From an uncultured Gemmatimonadales bacterium (lineage in GTDB: Bacteria; Gemmatimonadota; Gemmatimonadetes; Gemmatimonadales; GWC2-71-9), in the NCBI GenBank assembly GCA_963821525.1, contig CAWGED010000019.1, positions 192,001-256,000 on the forward strand: DNA of 64,000 nt, given 5' to 3'. Shown here one piece after another: positions 52,764 through 64,000 of this stretch. A program made the translations under genes and the position numbers. The notes under the pieces were generated by a model. The model made no database searches, was not told the origin of the DNA, and saw nothing but the letters and a program-made list of their open reading frames with translations. Positions within the stretch are counted from its first letter, which is position 1. Every line of letters begins with the position of its first letter.

Positions 52764-55512
52764 TCTTGGTTTCAGCCAGGGCCAGCAGATTGGCGAACAG
52801 CCTGAAGGCGCCGGGCACCCCGGCAGGAAGCTGTCGGAAGAAGCTCAGGCCGGTGTAGACGTAGGTCCCCGCACCCACCTTCGCGATCAGCAACCCGCCT
52901 TCGAGCGGCGGGTCTCCCGGATCATGCATCGACATGACCGAGTGATACTGGGGATCCCACGAGTGGGCGAAATAGAGGCCCCGTTCCTGGACCCACCCGG
53001 CCCAGTCACCCTGGCCGATGCGATTGGGACGAAGCAGGACGGGAGACACCGGCTGTACCGGAGTCACGTCGGCCGTTTCGTCCGTCACTCGGTCGTGGCC
53101 CCCGAGCAGCGCGGTTCCGCCGACCGAAGGAGATCCCCGCCGAGTCGTCGAGACTGTAGTAGTCCCCGGTGCGCGGCTTCCCACAGTGAGCGGATACGGA
53201 GCGTAGTCATTCAGGAAAAAGGCATACTGCTGGTACTGCACCAGGACGAGTCCGCCCTTTCGCGCAAAGGCGAGCAGGTTGTCGTTGTTCCCGGGCAGAT
53301 CGGGGTCGGTTTCATACGCCCTGGGACCGACGATGATCGCCCTGAAGCTGGAGAGATCGGTCCGGTCCAGCGCCTTGCCGTCGAGCAGCTCGACCTTGAG
53401 ACCGATGGTCTGCAACGCCTCGGGAACGCGATCCGCCGCGCCCCGGATGTATCCGATGCGCGCCACGTGCGGCAGCGTGAGGCTCGCCGAGTGGATCGTC
53501 GACTTGGCGTCCCGGTAGTAACTACGCGGCCTGATGTGGGAGTACGCGATCGTGAAACTTCCGCCGTCGTAGCGGTTGCCTGCCTCGTCCTGCGCAACTG
53601 CGAAGACCTCGTAGGAACCGGCGGTGAGCTTCTGAGGAGGCGGCAGTGTGAAGGTGAAGCTGGCCCGTTCGCCCTCCCGGCTGAAGTGAAACGGCTGCGC
53701 TGCGGGAGCGCTCCAGCCCTTCGGAACAGTCAGCGTCACCTTCCCTCGAGTCGAGTCGCGCGCGCCATGAGTCAGAGTCACGACGAACTTCCGGGCTCCG
53801 CTGCCGACCGGCCACAGTTCGGTCTCCGGCTGCAGCTTCACGTCAATTCGAGAAACAACGTTGACGGGAGAACGGATCTCGCCGCGGGCCTGATCGTTGG
53901 TGCGGTACACCACCTCCCGCGGCAGGTATCCGGTTCCGGAGCCCAGTGGGACCTGCGCCTCGACTTTGAATGGGGGATCCTCGAAGGGTAGACCCCAGCT
54001 GGAACGATTCGCCGGATCCCAGCGATAGAGATCGCCGTCCCGGGGCTCACGAAGGAAGTACGGTGTGGTCGGTTTCCACTGCTCGGGAACCTTCAGCCGG
54101 AGCCGCGCCGATGCGACGGTATTGGGCGCCAGCTGGCCGCCGCCTTTGCTCAGGGGTCTCCACCCCGAATCGCCCAGGCCGAGACAGGTGCCCCGGTGAA
54201 TCGCCATCGGGACCGGGACGCTGGTGGCCGAATCCACATCGAGCCGCCAACCCAGCGACGGAGACACGAAGCAGAGATCCACGGCCTGCGCCGTGGCGCC
54301 CGCGTTCCAGACCGATGCCATTGCTCTCAGCTCCTGGCCGGGAACGACGCTGGAATCGTCGCTGTAGGCATCGACCAGGAGGTTGGAACTCCGCGCGATC
54401 GCGTCGCCCAGCCGGCCCGCCTCGCCTTCGAAATCCTCTTCGGGACCGGTTTGCCGAATCAGCTTCGCCGCCTCCGACAGATCCGAGCGGGCGGAGATGA
54501 GCAGTGCTGGAACCTTGGCCGCCTCTGTGGGCGAAATCGCCGCCCGGGCCTCGGCGAGCTTCGCGTTGTAGCGCTGCACGGCGCGATCCAGATTCGCCCG
54601 ATCGGCGGGCTTGAGTGTCGCCGCGTCTGGGGTTCCGGCGAGCGTCGTGTCGATTCCCTCGAAGATCCCGCTGGTTCCCTTCCCGGTGCGGTCCTTGATC
54701 AACGCCAGCCGGATGACCGAGGGTCCGATGTGCTGCAGCTGACCCATGTCCTGCGACCGGTGCAGGCTGCGGCCCCGCATCGCGATCTGGTGGAATGATT
54801 GTCCAACGGCAGGATCCAGGGTGCCGCCCTGCAGCGTGATGGTTGTAGCCGCGGTATCGAACCGGGCACTGCGGTACAGTTTGAGCGGAGTCCAGGGAGC
54901 AAATCCCTCCTCCGTAAACAATTCGGGAAATCGAGTCGAGTCGCCCGCTATCTCGAACACTTCCGAAGCGGCCCAGCCAGCCGCCTGGTGCTGTCCATGC
55001 CCATCGCGGGGCGTGCCCGAGAAGATCGAAACGATGACCTGAGGACGGAACCGGCGGACGATCCGGACCACGTCCTTGAGCACGCTGTCCTTGGGCCAGT
55101 GGTCCCAGGTGTCGTCCAGCGACTTGGAGTATCCAAAATCGTAGGCCCGGGTGAAGAACTGTTGCGCGCCGTCGAGCTGTCGCGCCGCCAGTAGTTCCTC
55201 GCTCCTCAGCAATCCCAGCTCTTCCCCCAACTCCTCTCCGATCAGATTCTGTCCGCCTTCGCCACGATTGAGTGAGAGATACGCCGCGGCGGCTCCCGTA
55301 CCCCGGACGAGCACGGTCAGCAGTTCGGTGTCCTCGTCGTCCGGATGAGCGCCGATCAGAAGGACCCGTTTGTACTGACCCAGCAGGCGAAGCTGTTGTT
55401 CCAGCGCTGGCAAACCCCCGGTTGACGGGGGCTGGAGTTGAGCAACGAGGGGCTGATAGAGGGCCTGCGCGGCGAGGAAGAGGACTGCCGCGCGCAGGGG
55501 TCGCAGAAGCAC
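52744..55512 (-). CDS. Large secreted PIG-L/LmbE family deacetylase with Ig-like and GATase-like C-terminal domains
   Basis: GAHPDDED, RGEGGQN, DFGYSK, HGQHQ, HRSQ and WVQERGLYF. Confidence 0.9.
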   Translation of the reverse strand: MLLRPLRAAVLFLAAQALYQPLVAQLQPPSTGGLPALEQQLRLLGQYKRVLLIGAHPDDEDTELLTVLVRGTGAAAAYLSLNRGEGGQNLIGEELGEELGLLRSEELLAARQLDGAQQFFTRAYDFGYSKSLDDTWDHWPKDSVLKDVVRIVRRFRPQVIVSIFSGTPRDGHGQHQAAGWAASEVFEIAGDSTRFPELFTEEGFAPWTPLKLYRSARFDTAATTITLQGGTLDPAVGQSFHQIAMRGRSLHRSQDMGQLQHIGPSVIRLALIKDRTGKGTSGIFEGIDTTLAGTPDAATLKPADRANLDRAVQRYNAKLAEARAAISPTEAAKVPALLISARSDLSEAAKLIRQTGPEEDFEGEAGRLGDAIARSSNLLVDAYSDDSSVVPGQELRAMASVWNAGATAQAVDLCFVSPSLGWRLDVDSATSVPVPMAIHRGTCLGLGDSGWRPLSKGGGQLAPNTVASARLRLKVPEQWKPTTPYFLREPRDGDLYRWDPANRSSWGLPFEDPPFKVEAQVPLGSGTGYLPREVVYRTNDQARGEIRSPVNVVSRIDVKLQPETELWPVGSGARKFVVTLTHGARDSTRGKVTLTVPKGWSAPAAQPFHFSREGERASFTFTLPPPQKLTAGSYEVFAVAQDEAGNRYDGGSFTIAYSHIRPRSYYRDAKSTIHSASLTLPHVARIGYIRGAADRVPEALQTIGLKVELLDGKALDRTDLSSFRAIIVGPRAYETDPDLPGNNDNLLAFARKGGLVLVQYQQYAFFLNDYAPYPLTVGSRAPGTTTVSTTRRGSPSVGGTALLGGHDRVTDETADVTPVQPVSPVLLRPNRIGQGDWAGWVQERGLYFAHSWDPQYHSVMSMHDPGDPPLEGGLLIAKVGAGTYVYTGLSFFRQLPAGVPGAFRLFANLLALAETKSGGSAP

Positions 55513-55588
55513 GAGGGCCGTCAGGTCGGGTTACAGCGCAAGGTAACGGGCCCCCGCGGGCGGAGAAAGGACGTTGCGACCTGTTCCG

Positions 55589-56152
55589 TCAGGCGCCGAG
55601 CGGCTCGCGCTTGAGCGCCCGGCTGAGTTCCGGGTAGCGCTTCCAGAGATAGACACCCATGACCGCCGTGGCGACCAGGTTGGCCCCGAGTACCCAGAGG
55701 AGGGGGAACATCCGGCTCACTTCGTCGGCCACCGTCTGCAGGACGACGTAGAACGCCACTTCGAAACAGGCGAAAAGAATGACGAGCGCAATCAGGCAGG
55801 CCGGCTCGCGCGCGGCAATCCGGACCAGCATGGTGACCAGAAACCCGAACGCGAGAAAGGCGAGGAAGTGGACGGCGGTGTAGAGGACGACCGCGGCGAA
55901 GTCGATGTTGGCCGTGTCCGGTGTCGAGGAGCCGAAGACCAGCACCTGCCCCAGCACACTGGGCGTAAGCAACGGCTTGCCGTGGAAGAGATCACGCAGC
56001 AGAAAGAGAACGGCGACTGCCGTGCCGCCGAGAAATCCGGTGTCGGTTGCTTCACCCCAGACCGAATGCCGGTGCACCATCGGTCCCTCCTGACCAGCGA
56101 GAGGGCTGGATCCGGCGTCCGGTCGCCGGTCAGGAAAACCGGGCGCATTCAT
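55589..56152 (-). CDS. Hypothetical four-TM membrane protein (start may be 56080)
   Basis: Four hydrophobic helices; PLLTPSVLG, YTAVH. Confidence 0.7.
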   Translation of the reverse strand: MNAPGFPDRRPDAGSSPLAGQEGPMVHRHSVWGEATDTGFLGGTAVAVLFLLRDLFHGKPLLTPSVLGQVLVFGSSTPDTANIDFAAVVLYTAVHFLAFLAFGFLVTMLVRIAAREPACLIALVILFACFEVAFYVVLQTVADEVSRMFPLLWVLGANLVATAVMGVYLWKRYPELSRALKREPLGA

Positions 56153-56203
56153 GAGATAGCCGCGTCCGGCGATGGGAGCAAGGGGCTGCAGGCGGGATGC
56201 CCG

Positions 56204-56471
56204 CTACTCGTTCTTCCGGCCGATCACGAAAGCAGAGACGAACATGACGAGAGCGGAGAACAACAGGAGGGAGGCGAAGATCTGAAGCGTGTTCTGGAGG
56301 AGGAGAATCATCCCCACGGAGACCAGGATGGTCCCGCGCTCCACGCAGGATCTCGTCCAGATTCTTCCAGTTGGTATGTCGCCCCCAGTTGAGCGCGGGA
56401 ATGAACCCGGCGATTCCCAGCGCCAGGATGGCCACCCAGATCCAGATCCAATACGTGCCGCCGAAGATCAC
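56204..56471 (-). CDS. Small membrane protein, frame break near 56337
   Basis: [19 protein letters not shown]...LDEILRGA continues in another frame as [13 protein letters not shown]...RKNE; GTG overlaps the DUF971 stop. Confidence 0.6.
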
Positions 56472-56812
56472 GCGGGCTCCCTGGTATGCCGGTGGGCGCT
56501 GCAGTTGGGACAGGGACACTGGGCCAGCAGACGCTCGAAGGTGTAGATCCCGGTGCCGTGACCGTCGCTCCACTGCACCTTGATGCCATAGGCGCCGACC
56601 AGGGCGACAGTCAGAGGACGGACCTCCGCCTCGATGGCGGCGGGATCCAGCAGCGGACGCCCGGTCATCTCCTCGATACAGGCGGCACACGGGCAGGCGA
56701 GGCGCAACGGCCGGGCCGGGAAGAATCCGACGTGGCCCGCGGTATCCCACTCGATGATGATCCCGTCATCGCGCCGGGTGATCGCGTGAGGGACTACAGT
56801 GGTTTTGGTCAT
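56468..56812 (-). CDS. DUF971 / GBBH-like N-terminal domain protein
   Basis: [29 protein letters not shown]; extra C-terminal CPCPNC. Confidence 0.88.
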   Translation of the reverse strand: MTKTTVVPHAITRRDDGIIIEWDTAGHVGFFPARPLRLACPCAACIEEMTGRPLLDPAAIEAEVRPLTVALVGAYGIKVQWSDGHGTGIYTFERLLAQCPCPNCSAHRHTREPA

Positions 56813-56871
56813 CGCCCTGCCGCGGTTTATACTTGGACCTACCAAACCCGCTACTCGGTCCCGTCAGGCTT

Positions 56872-59655
<2,784 letters not shown>

Positions 59656-59659
<4 letters not shown>

Positions 59660-59788
59660 GCCTAATGAGCGGGAACGGAGGTGAGCGGTGAACGTAGAAG
59701 CTCCGAAACGAAGAAGCCCTCCGAGAATCTCGGAGGGCTTCGACTATTACGAACTCCCGCTTACTGCTCACCGCTCACAGCTTACGGT
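59656..59788. repeat. Heptamer-flanked hairpin element, copy 1 (probable bidirectional terminator)
   Basis: 13-bp stem GAAGCCCTCCGAG / CTCGGAGGGCTTC (59713-59741) between GTGAGCG-type and GCTCACN-type arrays. Confidence 0.8.
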
Positions 59789-60682
59789 TTAGGCTACCAG
59801 GTCCTTCAGCCGCTGTCCCTGGTCTCCCTCGCGGAGGCGAGTGAGGGCACGGTCCCGGAGCTGACGGATCCGCTCGCGGGTAACACCCATCATGCGGCCG
59901 ATCTCCTCGAGCGTCCGGCTGTTGCCATCGTCCAGCCCGAAGTAGAGCCGGAGAACCTTCGCGTCGCGCGGAGGCAGGGTCGCCAGAGCCTCCTCGATGT
60001 CATGAGTCTGGCTGTTGGCGATGGCCGAGCTGTCGGTGCCCTCCTGGTCGAGCGCGGTGAAGCGCTCGATCCGCTCGCTCGAATCTCCATCCCGGGTGGG
60101 ATGGTCGAGCCGCACTGCTTCGGTGTTGAGGGCGCCCAGACTGCGAACCGCCTCCACCGTGAGGCCCGTGGCGCGAGCCAGTTCCTCGGTGGTAGGCATC
60201 CGCCCCAGCCGGTCCTTGAGCAGGGTCGTAGTACGCCCCAGACGACTCAGGTCGGCGGTGCGGTTGAGCGGCACCCTGACCGGACGGCCATGGCGCGCAA
60301 TAGCGGCCTGGACCGCCTGGCGAATCCACCAGACAGCGTAGGAGATGAACTTGACCCCCCGGTCCGGATCGAACTTCCGGGCGGCGGTCATCAAGCCGAG
60401 GTTCCCCTCGCCGATCAGGTCGACCAGGGGGACGCCACGATTCTGGAACTTCTTCGCGACCGACACCACGAATCGAACGTTGTGGCGGGCCAGCTTCTCC
60501 TGCGCCGCGATGTTGCCCCGGAACGCCTTCCTTGCCAGGGCCATCTCTTCGTCCCGACTCAACAGGGGGACTCGGCTGATTTCATCCAGGTACAGATCGA
60601 GACTCTCACGCCCTTCGTCCACCGCCTTTGCGATCTGGGCGGGACGAACCTGACGCCGCTTCCGGCGTGGCTGAATCGTCAC
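59789..60682 (-). CDS. RNA polymerase sigma-70 factor, RpoD/RpoS family lacking region 1.1
   Basis: LDLYLDEI, NVRFVVSVAKK, DLIGEGNLGL, KFISYAVWWIRQA and TLEEIG...VTRERIRQ. Confidence 0.94.
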   Translation of the reverse strand: MTIQPRRKRRQVRPAQIAKAVDEGRESLDLYLDEISRVPLLSRDEEMALARKAFRGNIAAQEKLARHNVRFVVSVAKKFQNRGVPLVDLIGEGNLGLMTAARKFDPDRGVKFISYAVWWIRQAVQAAIARHGRPVRVPLNRTADLSRLGRTTTLLKDRLGRMPTTEELARATGLTVEAVRSLGALNTEAVRLDHPTRDGDSSERIERFTALDQEGTDSSAIANSQTHDIEEALATLPPRDAKVLRLYFGLDDGNSRTLEEIGRMMGVTRERIRQLRDRALTRLREGDQGQRLKDLVA

Positions 60683-61007
60683 TTGACTCTCACCTCCTCA
60701 GGCCCTCTCTTGCCGCCCCGTCCGGGGAGGTGCCAAAAGAGGACGCCAAATATAAAGACATTTACCCCTAAAAATCAAAAAATCTCTATAAATCGTTGCA
60801 GTGAAGCAATTTACATTATTCGGGACCGGTAAGCTAGGAATTTACAAACCTTGAACAGTTACCGGGACCCTCATATGATCGCCTTTGCACCACTTTCCGT
60901 TGTCGTCAGGCGGCTCAGCAATGGACGCCCGCCCAATGGGGCATTGCACGTTCAAGATGCCTCAGGCCCGAAAACGTCGCAGTGCGCGACCCCACGAACC
61001 CTCCCGC

Positions 61008-61590
61008 ATGAATACGGACCCGGCCTACGAGCTGTTGCGTGAATTTGCCTCTCCGGTGGTCGCGATCACGTCGGCCTGGGGGGGCCGGACCAATGGGATG
61101 ATTTCCGACAGTGCGGTCCGGGCCTCCATTTCGCCCAAGGTTCCTCGGCTGGCGGTGCAGGTTCACAAATGGCACCTGAGCCATGAGTTCATCTGGCAAA
61201 GCGGCCTCTTCACGATCCACCTGCTACACCGCGGAGCAGTTCGACCTGGTGCACCGGCTGGGATTCGTGAGCGGTCGCGACAAGGACAAACTCGCCGAGG
61301 TCCCCCATCGTACCGGAGTCACCGGAGTTCCGGTCCTGGATGATTGCTATGCCGCCTTCGAGTGCCGGGTGATCAACACGATGGACGTGGGGTATGCCAC
61401 GAGCTTCCTGGGCGACGTGGTCCAAACAACGCGGGGCAAAGGCGAGGAGGTCATGACCGCCAGCTTCTTCCGCTCAGCGATGCCGGCGGCCTGGCGAGAC
61501 GAGTTCCTGGCGAACTACCAGATCGCGCAGGAGGTGATCGAGAGGGAGAGGGAGATTAAGGACGTGATTTGGAAAAGGCGTGAGCGGTAA
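61008..61590 (+). CDS. Flavin reductase-like (DIM6/NTAB) protein, frame break near 61230
   Basis: PVVAITSAWGGRTNGM, GFVSGRDKDKL and PVLDDCYAAFECRV. Confidence 0.85.
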
Positions 61591-61777
61591 GCGGTAAGCG
61601 GGAACTGCGTAAGACGTGAGACGTAGGACGTGAGACGTAAGACGTGAGACGTAAGACGTGAGACGTGAGAAGTGAGATGTAAGAAGGAGTTCCGATACGA
61701 CGAAGCCCTCCGTTGGCCACGGAGGGCTTCGGTGTATCGGAACTCCTTCTTACCTCTCACTTCTGACTGCTCACGCC
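61580..61777. repeat. Heptamer-flanked hairpin element, copy 2
   Basis: GTRAGCG x3, then 11 GTRAGAC-type units (61609-61685), then a stem of about 45 bp centred on GAAGCCCTCCG / CGGAGGGCTTC (61702-61730). Confidence 0.88.
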
Positions 61778-61781
61778 TTTG

Positions 61782-62429
61782 TTACTGATGCTGCATCATA
61801 TCTCCCATGTCCACCGGCTTCTCGGTGATCGATGACTTGGCACCGGTGCCGTTGGCAACCAGAAGGATCTCGCCGGCCTTGTCGGGGAAGTTGCCCTTGA
61901 CCAGCCCGAACGCGACGTCCTTGGAGACCCACACTTCATTGCTGGACTTGGTGTCCTTGTAGTGCACGGTCTTGAAGGTGCCGGCCGGAACGGTGACGGA
62001 TTCGTCTCCCACCTTGGTCCAGCTGGCGCAGTCACGGAGCGCCGCTGCAGTGGGGCTGTCGGTCATGTGACTCCGCATCATGGAGAGCATCTGGTCCGAG
62101 GCCTTCATGGCGGGCTTCCCCTCTGTCTTCATCACCATGCCCTGAATGTTGCCCGGCTCATAGGGGAACGCGGGGACCAGGACCTGCAAGATGCCGCCAT
62201 TGCCATCCGGTCCTCCCCGCTGTCCCTGCATCTCGATCCAGTAGAGATCCTTCCCGTCTTTCTGCTCGGTGCCGATGGCCGCGAGCTTCAGCTTGCCTTC
62301 CTTCGACTGCCACTCCGACCAGCCGCCGATCGTCGGGTTCCGGGAGTATTCGGCACAGGAGTTCTGGGCCGCCGCCGGGGCGGCGGCGAGCGAAATGGCC
62401 AATCCAGCAAGAATGAGAGCGCGCTGCAT
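61782..62429 (-). CDS. Secreted hypothetical protein
   Basis: Signal peptide MQRALILAGLAISLAAAPAAAQ; ESVTVPAGTF motif. Confidence 0.75.
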   Translation of the reverse strand: MQRALILAGLAISLAAAPAAAQNSCAEYSRNPTIGGWSEWQSKEGKLKLAAIGTEQKDGKDLYWIEMQGQRGGPDGNGGILQVLVPAFPYEPGNIQGMVMKTEGKPAMKASDQMLSMMRSHMTDSPTAAALRDCASWTKVGDESVTVPAGTFKTVHYKDTKSSNEVWVSKDVAFGLVKGNFPDKAGEILLVANGTGAKSSITEKPVDMGDMMQHQ

Positions 62430-62488
62430 GAGCTGATCTCCGGGTACACGGGCCTGGGATGCAAGAAACGACGGTCCCCAAAATCTAC

Positions 62489-63897
62489 TCAGTGCATCCC
62501 GCTCCCGCCTGACAACTGTTTCACCAGCTCCCCGATCACGTTCTTCGCGTCTCCGAACAGCATCCAGGTCCGGTCGGAGAAGTAGAGCTCGTTGTCGATC
62601 CCGGCGAAGCCGGGGTTCTTGCTGCGTTTGATGGCGAACACGGTGCGGGCCTTGTCGGCGTCGATGATCGGCATCCCATAGATCGGGCTGGTCTTGTCGG
62701 TCCGTGCCGCGGGATTCACCACATCGTTGGCCCCGACGACCAGCGCCACGTCGCACTGCGGCATGTCGGGGTTGATCTCATCCATCTCGACCAGGTCGGT
62801 ATACGGGATGTCCGCCTCGGCCAGCAGGACGTTCATGTGTCCCGGCATCCGGCCAGCCACGGGATGGATGGCGAACTTGACCGTGATGCCCCGCTTCTTG
62901 AGCTGATCGTAGAGTTCCCGTACCCTGTGCTGGGCCTGGGCCACTGCCATGCCGTAGCCCGGAATGACAACCACCAGGTTGGCCTGCTCCAGCACCTGCG
63001 CCGCTCCTTCGATGGTCTCCGCCTTGTAGACCTTGGCCTCGCCGTCAACTGCGCCTGCTGCACCTGGCCGAAGGCGCCGAACAGCACGTTGGCGAACGAG
63101 CGGTTCATCGCCTTGCACATGATGATCGCGAGGATGAGTCCGCTGGATCCGTCCAGCGCGCCTGCGGTGATCAGCAGCTTGTTGTCCAGGACGAAGCCCA
63201 TCGCGACGGCGGACAGTCCGGCGTAGGCATTCAGGATCGCGATCACAGTGGGCATGTCGGCCCCGCCGATCGGGATGATCAGCAGGATGCCGAAGAGCAG
63301 CGCCAGCGCGATGATCGCCGGAAAGAGTCGGGGAGCCCAGTCCGAGGCGGGATGCAGCACTAGCGCAATGCCCAGCCCAATCGCGATCACGAGCAGCGCC
63401 AGGTTGATGACGTTCTGGAACGGATACGTGACCGGCCGCTGCGGGACCCACTTCACTTCCTGGAGTTTCCCCGCCGCCATGAGACTGCCGGTGAAGGTGA
63501 GGTAACCCAGGATGATCTCGACGATGATCGCGACCATCCGGAAGGCGGTCAGGTTTTCGGGCCCTTCGGACAGCCAGAGGTAGTACTTCGCGGTTCCCAC
63601 GAGACCCGCGGCGAGACCGCCGAAGGCGTGCGACAGGGCGGTTCGCTGCGGGACGGCGGTGAGGGGAACCCGGGCCAACGGAATCCCGACCGCGAATCCA
63701 GCGATGATCGGGAAGATGACCCAGGCGTGGTTCACCACCTCGGGCTGGGCCCAGGTGACCGCGATCGCCACGACCATGGCGGCCACGCCGGCATACACGC
63801 CGTTCCGCGCCGTCGCGGGCGTGTTCATCCAATGCAGGGCGAAGATGAACAGGACGGTGGCGAGGATGTAAGCCAGCTGAACGACGGCCTGGCTCAT
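62489..63897 (-). CDS. pntB: NAD(P) transhydrogenase subunit beta, frame break near 63045
   Basis: HAFGGLAA, IGGADMP, KAMNRS, PGYGMAVAQAQH, HPVAGRMPGHMNVLLAEA and GANDVVNP. Confidence 0.95.
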
Positions 63898-64000
63898 GAC
63901 TGCTCTCCCGCGGCGGGCTTCCGTTCGGTCTTGAACATCTTGAGCATGCGATCGGTGATCAGGAAGCCGCTCACGATGTTGGTCATCGAGGCGAACAGCG
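63894..64000 (-). CDS. pntA: NAD(P) transhydrogenase subunit alpha, membrane part (partial, 3' end)
   Basis: Hand translation LFASMTNIVSGFLITDRMLKMFKTERKPAAGEQS; stop overlaps the pntB ATG. Confidence 0.85.
   Translation of the reverse strand, partial: LFASMTNIVSGFLITDRMLKMFKTERKPAAGEQS

Noticed and set aside
60740..60860. AT-rich patch as horizontally acquired DNA or replication origin
   Set aside because: Short, sits in a divergent promoter region, and shows no DnaA-box cluster
61580..61690. CRISPR array
   Set aside because: Units are 7 nt in direct tandem with no unique spacers, and there are no cas genes

Overview
High-GC bacterial chromosomal window. The gene content (short RpoD-type sigma lacking region 1.1, several Ser/Thr kinases, large secreted PIG-L, M1, M28 and DUF5916 proteins) suggests Gemmatimonadota; this is an inference, not a search result. 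Most genes are core metabolism and signalling: leuA-ilvB-ilvN-ilvC, gltB, TetR/acyl-CoA dehydrogenase/queF, gltA, speA, queC-queE, csp, infA, an ABC transporter with a PIG-L deacetylase, acnA, a sigma factor and pntB. About 15 single-base frame breaks fall in unrelated conserved genes and are best explained as uncorrected long-read errors. I found no rRNA, tRNA, CRISPR array or transposase. Main signals: (1) two back-to-back ribosome-coupled attenuators, a classic Leu/Val/Ile leader for leuA-ilv and a leaderless 24-codon uORF with antiterminator and terminator in front of glutamate synthase that has no Glu/Gln codons; (2) at least 11 degenerate 7-mer tandem arrays (plus 9-mer arrays), often as inverted pairs bracketing a small gene, a REP-like element or a shared hairpin, and sometimes invading ORF ends; (3) a porin / cupredoxin-like / membrane Ser/Thr kinase module; (4) a signalling cluster with a degenerate HD protein and a pseudokinase-kinase tandem; (5) an apparent ATC start for speA.
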